Positions 10,695 through 24,800 of a stretch of 64,000 nt of DNA are shown piece after piece. Each line of letters starts with the position of its first letter. Positions within the stretch are counted from its first letter, which is position 1. The stretch covers positions 41,044,001 through 41,108,000 of the forward strand of contig OX597835.1 in assembly GCA_951406725.2 (NCBI GenBank), written 5' to 3'. The notes beneath the pieces were generated by a model. It did no database searches, was not told the DNA's origin, and saw nothing but the letters and a program-made list of their open reading frames with translations. The position numbers and the translations under genes were made by a program. Origin of the DNA: Octopus vulgaris. Lineage: Eukaryota.

Positions 10695-13600
10695 GATCTT
10701 TGTCTTGACACTGGGTGATTGTTGTAAACCAATGTTTTCCAAAGTAGGCGGTGGAAAGTTCCAAGGGGCTGTTGAAGAAAAGTGGGGTGGTGATGGGGTT
10801 GCGATTCATGTAATAATTGTGGTGATAATGGGGGTGGAGATTCATGTAAAAGCAACAAAATTATGGGTTCGTTGGGTTAAGTTTTATTTGTGAAATACAG
10901 TTGCTTTGAGTTTGCTTCAGAAAGAGGCTTATGTTTGTGATGGTCAGTTGGGGTGGGGTGCTGGGAATGTGGCCTGGTATCATGGTGGGGGCGTCTCTCG
11001 TTTTCAATATGATACCAGTGCGGGTGGCACGTAAAAGAACCATCTGAACGTGGTCGTTGCCAGCGCCACCCTGACTGGCCTCCGTGCCAGTGGCATGTAA
11101 AAAGCACCAACCAATCGTGGCTGTTGACAGCCTCACCTGGCACCTGTGCCGGTGGCATGTAAAAATCACACCCGCTACACTCATGGAGTGGTTGGTGCAA
11201 GGAAGGGCATCCAGTTGTAGAAACACTGCCAGATCAGACTGGAGCCTGGTGCAGCCTCCATGGCTTACCGACCCCGGTCGAACCGTCCAACCCATGCCAG
11301 CACGGAAAACGGACGCTAAACGATGATGATGATGAGAAAACATGCCTGGCCGAGGGGAAATATTGCCTCAGTTGGAAACAGGTGAGGGTTGGCAACAGGA
11401 AGGGCATCCAGCCGTAGAAAATCTGCATCAATAAACTCTGACCCATACAAGCATGGAAAAGTGTATGTTAAAATGATGATGATGCTGCTGTTGATGAAAT
11501 GTTGGTAAGCTACAAACAGCTAAGTTTGACTGATTGCACGACAAAGTTGTGGTTGTCTGTGCATGTGTATGTATGGCCATGCGGGGATGTTAGCAGCAGC
11601 TTGTGATAGGCCATATGTTTATTTATTTATAATTTTAAGTATACTCCGGTTATTCAATAATTTTCACATTATAGAATTAGGTCAAAGCAATCTACTTTAG
11701 CTGGTAATTAGCTAAAAACTGTTTGGTTTTTTTTTTTTGATCATCTAATGAATGTGTATGTGTGTGTGTGTATATATACAGTGTATGTATGTATCCATGT
11801 ATATAAAGATAGGATTGGTTTATAATCTGAATTATTAGGTTGATATTCAGAGAAATTGGGAGAGTTTTGGATTTTGTCTTTGGAATAGAGATGTAGAGTG
11901 GGAAGAGAGGATGGAAAGATGAGGGGGTAAAAATAAAAGTCCAGGGGAAATAGACCCCCACCCTTGCCTGTATCATCATCATCATGTTAATGTTCACTTT
12001 CCCAAGTTCATATTAATTGGACAGAATTTGTTAAGGTGGATTTTCTATGGCTGGATGCTTTTCCTGTTGCCAACCTTCTCTTGTTTCCGATTGAAGTGGT
12101 GTCTCTCCATGATCAGAAATGTCTTTGCAAGATATGAGAAGCGGTAAATCTCAGTATTAACCCTTTAGTGTTTAGATTACTGCATGAAAAGGAATAATAT
12201 TTACCTGTTCACATTACTTTGAATTAATCATGCATTATCTCGTAGCTTTAAGTTTTTGATGAAGACGGCAAAGACACGACAAATGAAGTGAGTTCATGGT
12301 TCACAGGACGGCCTGCTGTGCTAACCTTTGATCATAGAGTGACCCACTGTGCTTGAGGAGACCTATTGAGCCAAGTACGTCAACATCAACATCAAAATAA
12401 AAATCAAATGGAAATTGTAGTTATGATACCTGTGCTGGTGGCATGTAAAAGGCACCAACCGATTGTGGCCATTTGCCAGCCTCCTCTGATGCCAGCACCA
12501 CCTGACTGGCGTCTGTGTCGGTGACATGTAAAAAGCACCAACTGATTGTGGTTGTTTTCCAGCCTCGTCTGGCCCCTGTGCCGGTGGCATGTAAAAAGCA
12601 CCCACTACATTCACGGAGTGGTTGGCATTATGAAGGGCATCCAGATATAGAAAAACTGCTAGATCAGGCTGGAGCCTGGTACAGCCTCCTGGCTTCCCAG
12701 ACCCCAGTTGAACCGTCCAGTCCATGCTAGCATGGAAAACAGACGTTAAACGATGATGATGATGACTCTATTTTTTAAAACAACATTGTAGAATAGGTGT
12801 GAGAGGCTGGGTCCAGCCAATTTGAACACAAAACAATATTTGGATGGATATGGCTAATGTAAATGTTAAAGTGTTAAGACCTTTATTTCTCTCTCCCTCT
12901 CCCCTCCCCCTCCCCTCTCATCTTTTCTGAAACATTAGACTTGACATCTTCCTCACAACACAAGTATTTTCTGTTATCTAAACTATTTGTTTTAACTATT
13001 TTTACCAACAGAGAACATTACTAATTTTATTGGATTCTACTGTTTTACTAAATACCATTTCCATACCCAGACTGTCTCCCTGCAGTGCCTTAAAGGTGAT
13101 CATTTAGCCAAGTGCCTGTGCCAAGGGACCAATTGCTCAATGAGAGCTGATCTGGGGCCACACTGTAACAATTACAACAGGACTTCACTTTTCCCCCAGC
13201 CCTCAACCGTCCAGTCATATCACATCCACATTGACATAAGTAAGCTTTGGCTTGTCCAGTCACTCATTCATCTTTCATGCAAATTCATTAAAAAAAAGGA
13301 AGAAAAAGTACTGGGGTTGATTCATTTGACTGAAAACTCTCGAAGGTGGTGCTCCAGCATGACCGCAGTATAATGACTGAAGCAAGTAAAAGATAAAATT
13401 TCCTGAAAACCATTTTATTCCTGCTTTCTGAGACGCAAAGCGTGACTAACTGGGATTAAGTGCAGAGACCCACAATACGTACAAGATGTCTTGGCACAGC
13501 TGTTTCGGTGCTGCTTATTCGGCACCACAGATTTCATGCTGACTTATTTGACATTAGACGTTCTAATGTTTTTGTTCTCCTTCTCCCCTCCTCCTCTCCC

Positions 13601-13816
13601 CAATCTCTCCCCCTTCCCTCTCCCCCTCTACTCTCCCCAATCTCTCCCCCTTCCCTCTCCCCCTCTACTCTCCCCCTAATCTCCCTCCCCCTCTGTGTGA
13701 ACATGTTTCTATTTATGTGTCTGTGAAGAGGGGAAAGTGTTATTATGTCAAGTGTGTTTATGTAATACATTGTGATATCATCTCACTATCTCTTTGTATA
13801 TATTTCTGCGCATATA

Positions 13817-14210
13817 GGTGCAGGAGTGGCTGTGTGGTAAGTAGCTTGCTTAAGAACCTCATGGTTCCAGGTTCTGTCCCACTGCGTGGCACTTTGGGCA
13901 CGTGTCTTCTACTATAGCCTCGGGCCGACCAAAGCCTCGTCAGTAGATTTGGTACACGGAAACTGAAAGAAGCCCATCATACATATGTATATATATGTAT
14001 ATATGTTTGTGTGTCTGTGTTTTTTTCCCCAACATCGCTTGACAGCCGATGCTGGTGTGTTTATGTCCCCGTAACTTAGTGGTTCAGTAAAAAGAGACCG
14101 ATAGAATAAGTACTAGGCTTACAAAGAATAAGTCCTGGGGTCGATTTGCTCAACTAAAGGCGGTGCTCCAGCATGGCCACAGTCAAATGACTGAAACAAG
14201 TAAAAGAGAG
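13817..14210 (+). mobile_element. SINE family A, full copy
   Basis: Colinear with the 28352 copy; other + copies at ~7686-8048, 23144-23545, 26278-26673, 40115-40428 and 52457-52813. Confidence 0.85.
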
Positions 14211-16170
14211 TATGCGCTTGTGTGTGTGATTTTTGCCTCCAGTCATAAAGTACGGTCACCAAACACACACTGAACGTCTAGTCAGCCGTGAAAATTGTCT
14301 CATTTTCACCTGCAGTATAACCATGACAGGTATGATATAAACTTACATGTTCAAGCCTCTCACACCTACCTTACAATGTCATTCTGAAATGACAAGATTG
14401 TGTATGATTAATTCAAAAGCAATGTGAATAAATAAACATTACCTTTGACAGTAATTTGAATACTAAAGGGTTCGCCCGGTTGCTCTATGGTCCTACCCTC
14501 TGTAAATGAATGACCTAATTTTACTGCCGCTCCCCCCTCCACATTCCTCTCTCCCCTTCACATTCCTCTCTCCCCCCCTCTCTGATTCGAATAAATTTAT
14601 GAAATGGAAATCTGGATTTCTTTTCATTGCTGTCTTTTTCCCTTTTTTTGTATGAGAAGCACACCTACATTATTGTTTATCTCTGTATCATCGTCATTTA
14701 GTTGACACCTGTCACTCTTTCTGTACACACACACACACACACATTACATGATACACCTGTCACTACATGTTTAATTGGATTCAAACAATTTTGTTTTACA
14801 CCTATACATCACACACACACACACATACACACAGAGTTTTTATATTACATATGTTTCTTTACTACCCACAAGGGGCTAAACATAAAGGGGACAAACAAGG
14901 ACAGACACACGGATTAAGCCGATTACATCGACCCCAGTGCGTAACTGGTACTTAATTTATCGACCCTGAAAGGATGAAAGGCAAAGTCGACCTCAGCGGA
15001 ATTTGAACTCAGAATGTAACGACAGACGAAATACCTATTTCTTTACTACCCACAAGGGGCTAAACATAGAGAGGACAAACAAGGACAGACAAAGGGATTA
15101 AGTCGATTACATCGACCCCAGTGCGTAACTGGTACTTAATTTATCGACCCCGAAAGGATGAAAGGCAAAGTCGACCTCAGTGGAATTTGAACTCAGAACG
15201 TAATGGCAGACGAAATACGGCTACATATTTCGCCCAGTTTGCTAACGTTTCTGCCAGCTCACCGCACACACTCTACCACATGTGTATAGGTATAGGCATG
15301 GTTGTGTGCTTAAGAAGCTTGCTTTCCAACCCTGTGGTTCCAGGTTCAGTTCCACTCTGTGGCACCTTGGGCAACTTCTAGTATAGCCCCTGACTGACCA
15401 GAATCACATGAACAGATTTGGTAGAGGGGAAAGGAGCCTATTACATAGGCATGGCTGTGTGGTAGGAAGCTTACTTCTCAACCACATGGTTTTGGGTTCA
15501 GTTCCACTGCATGGCACCTTGGGCAAGAGTCTTCTGCTATAGCCTCAGACCCACCAAAGCCTTATGAGTGGAGTTGGTAGATGAAAACTGAAAGAAGCCT
15601 GTTTTATATGTTTGTATGTGTGTGCCTTTCTCTCCTCCCCCACTTGACAAATAGTGTTGGTGTGTTTATCCCTGTAACTTAGCGGTTTGGCAAAAGACAC
15701 TGATAAAATAAGTGCTAGGTTTTAAAAAAAACAATAAGCCCTGGGGCTTCAAGGCGGTGCTCCAGCATGGCCATGACCAAATGACAAACAAGCAAAAGAA
15801 TGTATATATATATATGTAATGTAAAGGAATATGGAATTGGAACAGATATGTTATTAGCATTTTGAGATGTAGATCTAGCTAACCATGGCTAACCACAGGG
15901 AACATACAGAATTATTTATGATGGACAATTTAACAGTTCTTCACTTGATCGGTAAATCCTGGGTTCGCTTCACTGGATTTCTTACAGCGCACAGAGAATA
16001 TAATTAAGGCATCATAAAGAAGAATGGGGATTTATACATATTCAGAATTTGTTTATTGTAATATTCTCATTAAATTCCAATAATTTAATGAGAATAATAA
16101 TATAATAGATATATTTTGAAGATGTATAATTTTCCATTCTTCTCTATAATATATATATATATATAATATA

Positions 16171-16301
16171 TAATAAGGGTTTTTTGCAATAAGTTGCTGA
16201 AACCACATACTGAAAATTTTAGAAATATTTTAGAAATATTCTAAAATTTTCTAAAATTTTGGTATGTGGTTTAAGCAACTTTTTGCAAAAAATCCTTATT
16301 A
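16171..16301. repeat. AT-rich inverted repeat (~55-bp arms)
   Basis: TAATAAGGGTTTTTTGCAATAAGTTGCTGAAACCACATAC.. / ..GTATGTGGTTTAAGCAACTTTTTGCAAAAAATCCTTATTA. Confidence 0.85.
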
Positions 16302-16411
16302 TTATTAATTATATAAATATTTACCAAATATGGTCCTTTTCCATACCGAAATACTACTAGGTGAAATTTGTTGATTTTATTAAATTAATATTTTCACCCT
16401 ATGTCTGTAAT

Positions 16412-16462
<51 letters not shown>

Positions 16463-16464
16463 TA

Positions 16465-16663
16465 CACAAGGGATACTGAAAAGTTCCTGGCTTCAAAGGT
16501 ATTGTCAAAGACCTGGATGAAGGCCAAACCTTCCAAGTTCTTTTACAGGGCTTAGAAAAACTGAAGGATCTCTGCAGTAAGTGTGTGAATCTGAGAGTGG
16601 AATATGTTGAATAAAATCATAATTAACTAGTCCTCCTGTGTTTCCTTCTTTTCCCCCCTCGTA
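16465..16663 (+). mobile_element. mariner-derived MITE remnant
   Basis: Left end AAGGGATACTGAAAAGTTCCTGGC, right end CCCCCCTCG-TA; internal LQGLEKLKDLCSKCVNLRVEYVE* resembles a mariner C-terminus. Confidence 0.65.
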
Positions 16664-17904
16664 TATGTTGGCATTGAATCAGTGATACTAAACAGATGGT
16701 ACCAAAACAGCTGTGCAAAAATGTCTTGTACTCAGACAGGAAAGTTTGTCTATTTTGGTGAGCAATACACTTGTAATGCTGCAGTACCTGTGTACCTTTC
16801 GTAGGATCCAAATGCAGTTTGATTGTTGTTGTTCTTATTGTGCAGCCCCCACTTTTGCCATGTGTGGCATCATGAGCACTCTTACTCTCTCTACTCTTTT
16901 ATTTGTTTCAGTCATTTGACTGCGGCCATGTTGGAGCACCGCCTTTAGTTGAGCAAATCGACCCCGAGACTTATTCTTTGTAAGCCCAGTACTTATTCTA
17001 TTGGTCTCTTTTGCCGAACTGCTAAGTGTCCAGCAATGCTAGGGGGACAAACACATACACACAAACATATGCACACACATATACATATATACGACGGGCT
17101 TCTTTCAGTTTCCGTCTACCAAATCCACTCACAAGGTTTTGGTCGTCCCGAGGCTATAGTAGAAAACACTTGCCCAAGGTGTCATGCAGTGGGACTGAAC
17201 CCGGAACCATGTGGTTGGTAAGCAAGCCACCCCTGCGCCTGCACGTTTCTTTTTCTATAGCCCTGTGTCACCTGAAGCTTTGAAAGCTCCAGTCTTGTTA
17301 TATTGTGTCACATTCTAATTCCATCTGAAAATTTCGTTAAGAACACACACACGTCTGTGGAATACTCAGCCACATATAACATGCCCGGCATGCTAACAGT
17401 TCTGCCAGCTCGCTGCCTTTAATAATAATAGTCCTTTCTGCTAAAGGCATAATGCCTGAAATTTTGGGGAAGGGGAATAGTCAATTTCATCAACACCTTG
17501 AAAGGATGAAAGGCAAAGTTGACCTCGGCAGAATTTGAACTCAGAAAGCATCCCAGAGTGTAAGCATCTTGAGAGAAAAGTTGGGCATAAGAGGCATCAG
17601 ATGTGGTGTATAAGAGAGACAATTGCACTGATATGGTTATGTGATGTGTATGTGAGCTGGCAGAAACGTCAGCACGCCGGGCGAAATGCGTAGCCGTATT
17701 TCGTCTGTCGTTACATTCTGAGTTCAAATTCCGCCGAGGTCGACTTTGCCTTTCATCCTTTCGGGGTTGATAAATAAAGTACCAGTTTCCAACTGGGGTC
17801 GATGTAATCGACTTAATTTCTTTGTCTGTCCTTGTTTGTCCCCTCTATGTTTAGCCCCTTGTGGGCAGTAAAGAAATACATGTGATGTGTATGGATGAGG
17901 TCAG

Positions 17905-18475
17905 CTGTGTAAAGAAGTACTGATCTCCAACTGTGGAAGGAACCTGTGGTTGAGGTAGACCCAGGAAGACATGGGACGAGGTGGTGAAGCATGATCTTCA
18001 AACTTTGGTCTCAGAGAGACCTTCGGCGATATGCTGTGCTTGAGAAGACCCACCAAGCCAAGTGGAATCGTACTTACGGCAGATGCTGGTGTCACGTAAC
18101 TGGCACTTGTGCTGGTGGCACGTATAAAGCCCCTTTCAAGCATTGTGCTTCACAGAAGCTAAGTAGCTGAGCTCCTTTCAAGTGTTGGGCCTGAAGGAGA
18201 CAATGACCAAGACCTTTGGCACTAAGTTGTGCTTGAGAAGAAGACGTATCAAACCAAGTAAAATTGCAATCATGGCAGATACTGATGTCATGCAAATGGC
18301 ATGTAAAAACACCCATTATACTCTCAGAGTGGTTGGCATTAGGAAGGGCATCCAGCCATAGAAACCATGCTAAATCTGACTGGAGCCTGGTGCAGCTTTG
18401 CAGCTTGCCAGCCGTGGTCAAACTGTCCAACCCATGCCAACATGGACAACGGATATTAAATGATGATGATGATGA
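17905..18475 (+). mobile_element. SINE family C (RTE-related, Ceph-like GGAAGGGCATCCAGC motif, (ATG)n tail), long copy
   Basis: GTGGTTGGCATTAGGAAGGGCATCCAGCC...CCAACCCATGCC..CATGGA..(GAT)n; other + copies at ~11010-11335, 12340-12765, 22150-22547, 35740-35985, 46930-47093, 51797-52127, 53080-53540 and 62330-62553. Confidence 0.75.
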
Positions 18476-18827
18476 ACATAATGATGGGCGAAATACCTAT
18501 TTCTTTACTACCCACAAGGGGCTAAACATAGATGGGACAAACAAGGTCAGGCAAATGGATTAAGTCAATTACATCGACCCCAGTGCATAACTGGTACTTA
18601 ATTTATCAACCCCGAAAGGATGAAAGGCAAAGTTGACCTCAGCGGAATTTGAACTCAGAGCATAATGGCAGACGAAATACGGCTACGCATTTCGCCCGGT
18701 GTGCCAACGTTTCTGCCAGCTTGCCACCTTTGATGGGCAAAATACCATTTAGCATTTTGACTGGCGTAGTAACAATTCTGCCAGCTCGCTGCCTTAATAA
18801 CAAATAATAATAATTATAATAATTAAT

Positions 18828-19045
18828 TCTCTTTATTGGCCACAAGGGCTGACAAACATGATTAGAAAACATAAAGGGACAAAAACAGGACGAAAGGTTA
18901 CAAAAGGTTTTGTCTGTTTTTCGAAAGAAAAAAGTCCGTGTAAACAAGCTTTACAACAACGAAAGAATTCAACAATTTACAAAACTCCCAATAGAGGAGA
19001 CGCTTCAAAAATAGGAAAAGGTATCACGTGGAAAAACCCATAAAT
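18828..19045 (-). mobile_element. Probable Tx1/L1-type 3' UTR fragment
   Basis: Minus strand ends TTTGTCCCTTTATGTTT..AGCCCTTGTGGCCAATAAAGAG, similar to the 50488 tail. Confidence 0.5.
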
Positions 19046-19374
19046 ATTAATAATAATAATGAACTTACTGTATACAGTTCTTAGGTGCATTATAGTTTAT
19101 CGGTAAAGGGTAAAAGAGGGAACAGAAAGACAGGAATGAAAGCCGAAAGTAAATGTGTCGTACATGGGATAAAACATACAAAGAGAGAGAAATGAACAGT
19201 GAAAGGACTACAAAAGGGAAAGGATACATAATTTCTGGGAAGCATGGAATTCTTGAAAGATGCTGTGTCCCGACAGGATTAACAGCTGATGCAGGGGAAG
19301 GGTTAATAAAATAACGATGTTGGTATAATTAAACGAGACTCCACTGTCTTCATATAGTTTTGATATCAGAGATT

Positions 19375-19413
<39 letters not shown>

Positions 19414-20176
19414 ATCCAATCGAGCTGATGGTGGTGGAAAGTAGAGTAGATGCAATACTGGGTCAGTAAATATGTTGTGTTGTTCACTTCCGCCCTCTCT
19501 CTCTCTGTTTGTTGTTGTGAAGACGGGGTGGGGAGAGGCTAACACCCTCCCTCCTCCTACCATCTCTGAAGACTTCTTTCACTGTCTTATTGTGGAAGTT
19601 ATATTTATCGAACACATTACAAATAATGGAGAATACGTGTGTTTGTGCGCGTGTGTACGTGAATGGAGGAGATTAGGATGTGTGTGAATGCGAAAGCGGT
19701 GAGAAGAAAATGCATGCGCATCTATGTGTGTAGATGTATGTAGACGTATTATATGTATGAACACGTGTTTACATTTTCGAGAAAGAGATTAGGAGTGAAA
19801 GGGAGAGAGAAAGAGAGAGAGAGGAGGAGAGAGAGAGATTCAGTGAAAGATCATTTGTGGGTGAGTGTCTGAAAGTAGTTGGTGGTGGTGGTGGTGGTGA
19901 TGGCAGCATGCATTTGGTGTGTGAGATTGAGAGAGAGAGAGAGGGGTGGTGGTGGTGGTGGTGGTGGCGGGTGGGTAGGATGGAGTTGAACCAGCATCGA
20001 GCTATGATTAGATCACCAAAAAGAAGCAATGTGTTTTGTGAAACAAAAATCAATAGATTTCCACAATTATCAATGTTGCTTCTTTATTTATCTTTTTCTT
20101 TACATTTTATATTGAACAGTTTTTCAATTCTCTAAACTCTGGTACACATGGAGGATAATATTAATAGAAATATTAA

Positions 20177-20229
20177 TGGTGGTGGTGGTGATGGTAGTAG
20201 TAGTAGTGGTGGTGGTGGTGGTGGTGGTG

Positions 20230-20264
<35 letters not shown>

Positions 20265-20275
20265 GGTGGTGGTTC

Positions 20276-20315
<40 letters not shown>

Positions 20316-20675
20316 GGTGGTAGTAGTGGTGGTGGTTCTAGTAGTAGTGGTAGTAGTGGTGGTGGTTCTAGTAGTAGTAGTGGTGGTGGTGTTTCTAGTA
20401 GTAGTGGTAGTAGTGGTGGTGGTTCTAGTAGTAGTGGTAGTAGTGGTGGTGGTGGTAGTAGTAGTAGTAGTAGTGGTAGTGGTAGTAGTGGTGGTGTTTC
20501 TAGTAGTAGTAGTAATAGTGGTGGTGGTTCTTGTAGTAGTAGTAGTAGTAGTGGTGGTGGTGTTTCTAGTAGTAGTAGTAATAGTGGTGGTGGTTCTTGT
20601 AGTAGTAGTAGTAGTAGTGGTGGTGGTGGTTCTAGTTGTAGTAGTAGTAGTAGTAGTGGTGGTGGTGGTGATGGT
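20177..20675. repeat. Interleaved (GGT)n/(AGT)n trinucleotide repeat with higher-order units
   Basis: Directly visible. Confidence 0.97.
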
Positions 20676-23600
20676 AAGTAATAAGATGGAATTGGTAAGA
20701 GGAAAGGGGGGGTGTTTATGATTAAATCTGTTCCCAGTAGATAACTGGTGTTTGTTCCTTTCTTCTTGTTATTTGCCCTGTCAGGGTGTGGAGTGGGGCT
20801 GTGGTAGGGGTGAGATAAAAAAAAAGACAACAGCAAGGTCAGTAGGTAATGGTTGGAATTGAACTCGGTTCATAAAGGGATTTAAGTAGAACCTTGCAAT
20901 CTATTTTGCCCACTTCTGCTGCTGTCCCCTACCCAGGGCCTTCAGTTCTGATGATGATGGATCATAGAAATAAACAAGATATTTGATTCTTGTATGCTAG
21001 GAAAAAACAGAAATAATTGCAACACAGGGAAGAATATGAAGAGTAGGAGAAAATAAAAAGAAGGAGAAGACCCATCACCGAAAAAACAAAAAAAACCCAA
21101 AAAGAAAATGTGATAATCAGACAATTTTACATTACTGCAGCTTTCTTCTATCACAATCCACTTTGTCACTTCAGGCCACGGTGGGGAGCTCGGAATAGAA
21201 GCCTTGCAGAAACATACACAACTCTCTTTCTTTACCTCTGTTTCTGTACCTCTCTCTCTCTCTCTCTCTCTCTCTGTTGCTGTGTCACTCTGTCTATTTG
21301 TCTCTCTGTCTCTCACTCCCCAGTCACTCACGCACCCTCACTGATACACATACTGCTGTCATCTAGTGTGCTAAAAATAACAGCTATATCCAGCTATTAA
21401 AAATATAAATCTAAAGATAAATTTTGATTAATTCATCATCATCATCATTTGACATCCACTTTCTTTGTTATCACGGGGTGGACAGTTTGATGGTTTGGCA
21501 GGATCCATCAAACTGCAAAGCCATCTCGAGTTCCAGTGTCAGCATTGGCAGGATTTTGATGGCTGGAAGTCCTTCCTAATGCCAACCACTACAGAGTGCA
21601 TTGGGTGCTCTTTTTTCAAGCCACTGGCACTAGTGGAGCTACTAAGTAACTTGCAAGACAAAAAAGTGAAAGAGTGAAAAGGAAAAAATTTTGACTAAAT
21701 AGGGGATTAGTGTTTAAGAGGGAGAGGAGAGGTTGTTTTTTTTGCCAGGATTTGAGAGGCTAAAGCATGACGGAGGGACACGTCCAGTTGTCTTACTATT
21801 GACGTGATGCAAGGATACCCCTCATTCTAATTCATCATCATCATCATCGTTTAACATCCACTTTCCATGCTAGCATGGGTTGGACGATTTGACTGAGGAC
21901 TGTCGAACCAGATGGCTGCACCAGGCTCCAGTCTGGTCTGGCAGAGTTTCTACAGCTGAATGCCCTTCCTAATGCCAACCACTCCATGAGTGTAGTGGGT
22001 GCTTTTTACATGCCACCGACACAGGTGCCTGACGAGGCTGGCAACGCCCACGATCAGATGGTGCTTTTATGTGCCACGGCACGGAGGCCTAAATAAGGTA
22101 ATTTTGATTTAGATCCACCTGCTATTTTTAACATGCCGATCAACATCAGCGGAAGTTGCAGCTGTGGTTAAGCGAACCATCCGATCGTGGCCGTTGCCGG
22201 CGCCGCCCCGTCTGGCCTCCGTGCCGGTGGCACGTAAAAGCACCATCCGCTCGTGTCCGTTGCCAGCTTCGCCTGGCCTCCGTGCCGGTGGCATGTAAAA
22301 GCACCATCCGTTCGTGGCCGTTTGCCAGCTCCGTTTGGCACCTGTGCGGGTGGCACGTAAAAAGCACCCACTACACTCACGGAGTGGTTGGCGTTAGGAA
22401 GGGCATCCAGCCGTAGAAACACTGCCAGATCAGACTGGGCCTGATGAGGCCTAGTGCAGCCTCCTGGCTTCCCAGACCCCAGTTGAACCGTCCAACCCAT
22501 GCTAGCATGGAAAACGGACGCTAAATGATGATGATGATGATGATGATAGGTGATACAGTGTGTGTGTGTGTTGCTGTTGTTTTACTGTTCTTTCTGTGGG
22601 TTGAGGTGAGAAGTTAGATTGTTGCAAGACGTAGAAAAAAATAGGTGGGTGGTATAAAAGGTGTATAAGCTGTCAACAAATAATAACCTTCCTGGATGTA
22701 GCCTACATCAAGCATGTCCTGGTGTAGAGTTTCTATGGGTCGCTTTGCTCACATGTTGCCAGGGTGGGACCATATATTTCTATAATTTTCCATGTTCCAA
22801 ATCTTCTCAGTTTTAAATTGTGAAACAAATGAGACAGTGCACTGAACGATGTGCACTAAATGCACACATGCAGCATTCAGTTGCAGAAGTTGAAAGGTGT
22901 GTTATAAAACAAGTGCAAAGTTACTAGATCTACAACAACTAAACAGTGGTCATAATTTTAAATTTTATCATATTAAATCTTTATTATTTAAACCGGCCAA
23001 ACCTGGCCAAAATATTCCACCTGTTTTATGTTCAAACAACTGGTCATATTTGGCCTCTTGCACCAACCCTACAATGTCATTCTGATACTTATGTTACCTC
23101 ATCAAATTTTCAAAGCTCCAAGATAATGCTTGGTTAATTCAAAAGAGTGGCTGTTTGGTAAGTAGCTTGTTTACCAACCACATGGTTCCTGGTTCAGTCC
23201 CACTGCGTGGCAACTTGGGCAAGTGTCTTCTACTGTAGCCTCGGGTCGACCAAAGCCTTGTGAGTGGATTTGGTAGACGGAAACTGAAAGAAGCCCCTCG
23301 TATATATGTATATATATATATGTGTGTGTATATGTTTGTGTGTCTGTTTTTGTCCCCCCAACATCGCTTGACAACCGATGCTGGTATGTTTACGTCCCCG
23401 TAACTTAGTGGTTCGGCAAAAGAGACTGATAGAATAAGTACTTGGCTTACAAACAATAAGTCCTGGGGTCGATTTACTCGACTAAGGGCGGTGCTCCAGC
23501 ATGGCCACAGTCAAATGACTGAAACAAGTAAAAGAGTAAAAGAGCAATGTGAATAAATTTGACAGAATAATGTGAATGCTAAAGGGTTAAGCAAAAATCT

Positions 23601-24800
23601 TTTAAAAACCTTTTATTTGTTCATCAATAATCCTAATTTTATTAATTAAATGATGATGATAAATTATTATTGTTTTTATAATTAAAAAAAATTTTGAGTT
23701 CCCAATTTTTTAAACCTCTACCTATGCCATCCATGTGTAGCACTTGTGTTTGAAAAGGGCTGCATGCGGTCTGTGGGCTTCTTGTTTGACATGCCTAGCC
23801 TACGTCATGTACAAAGATACTTTAGTGTGGGGGCACTATTGACATAGTAAACTTCTTCCACTACTTGCATGCACATATATTCTTTTCGGATTCTTTCCTT
23901 TTGATAGCCAGATTTCAACACAATTCCCATGCAACTAAACACTTTTAAACTTCATATACTGGTAGAATGTGTTTATAAAACATCATTTTTTCTTGGCTTT
24001 ATTGAGAAAATTCTATAGTTTGTAAGATATTTCGTCTGAAAATCCGAGCATTTTGGCAATTTTAACCAATCGATTACCTCCATTTAGGTAAACAACATTT
24101 GCTGCGTCTAAAACTGAGACAACATCCTGTAACTAACCCTAACCCTAATTTTTTTCTTAATTGTTAAATTAATTTAATTGTTGCGCATGTAAAAAAACCC
24201 GAAAGCAATGGAAAGTGATTTAAACAATTAACAATCAAAATAATTCTATAATTTTATACACACGCTTTCCCTCTTTTCTACTCTAGGCACAAGGACCAAA
24301 ATTTTTGGGGAAGGGGCTGGTTGATTAGATCAATCTCAGTACTCAACTGGTACTTAATATATTGACCCCGAAAGTATGAAAGGCAAAGTCGATCTTGGCG
24401 GAATTTGAACTCAGAATATAAAGACAGACGGAATACTGCTAAGCATTTTGCCTGGCATGAAAAGAAATTATCTTTATCCTCTTCCTCCAAGTGAAGCAGT
24501 CATTTTTGTCAAAGACATGAATATTTAAATCAAGTTAAAGTTATTTTATATTTACATTTTGAATATGTATTCTAAATATAATCAGATTTGACTTGTAAAA
24601 TCAAAGCCTCTAGTTTGATGGGAGACATACCAGAGGTTTCTTTGGTGCAATCGATATGTCTGTCAGGATTACAGAAAATGCATGATTTGTGTCCCACACA
24701 AAGTCTTCGACCATTTTGATCAATACAGTTAATGTCCAATAGCTTTGATCAATATGCTTAGTGTTCAATATCTTGACTATTATTTATAGTTGTATTCACT

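Noticed and set aside
14243-14328. AG..GT-bounded open segment, and a similar acceptor at ~25402, as upstream exons
   Set aside because: No recognisable product. They may be 5' UTR exons but cannot be supported without transcripts; no promoter or TSS could be identified.
20132-20836. Long Gly/Ser-, Val- and Leu/Pro-rich ORFs
   Set aside because: They are translations of a (GGT/AGT)n microsatellite that is open in several frames; there is no domain or splice support.
24133-24148. TAACCC telomere-like units
   Set aside because: Only about two units within a dispersed repeat; not an interstitial telomere.
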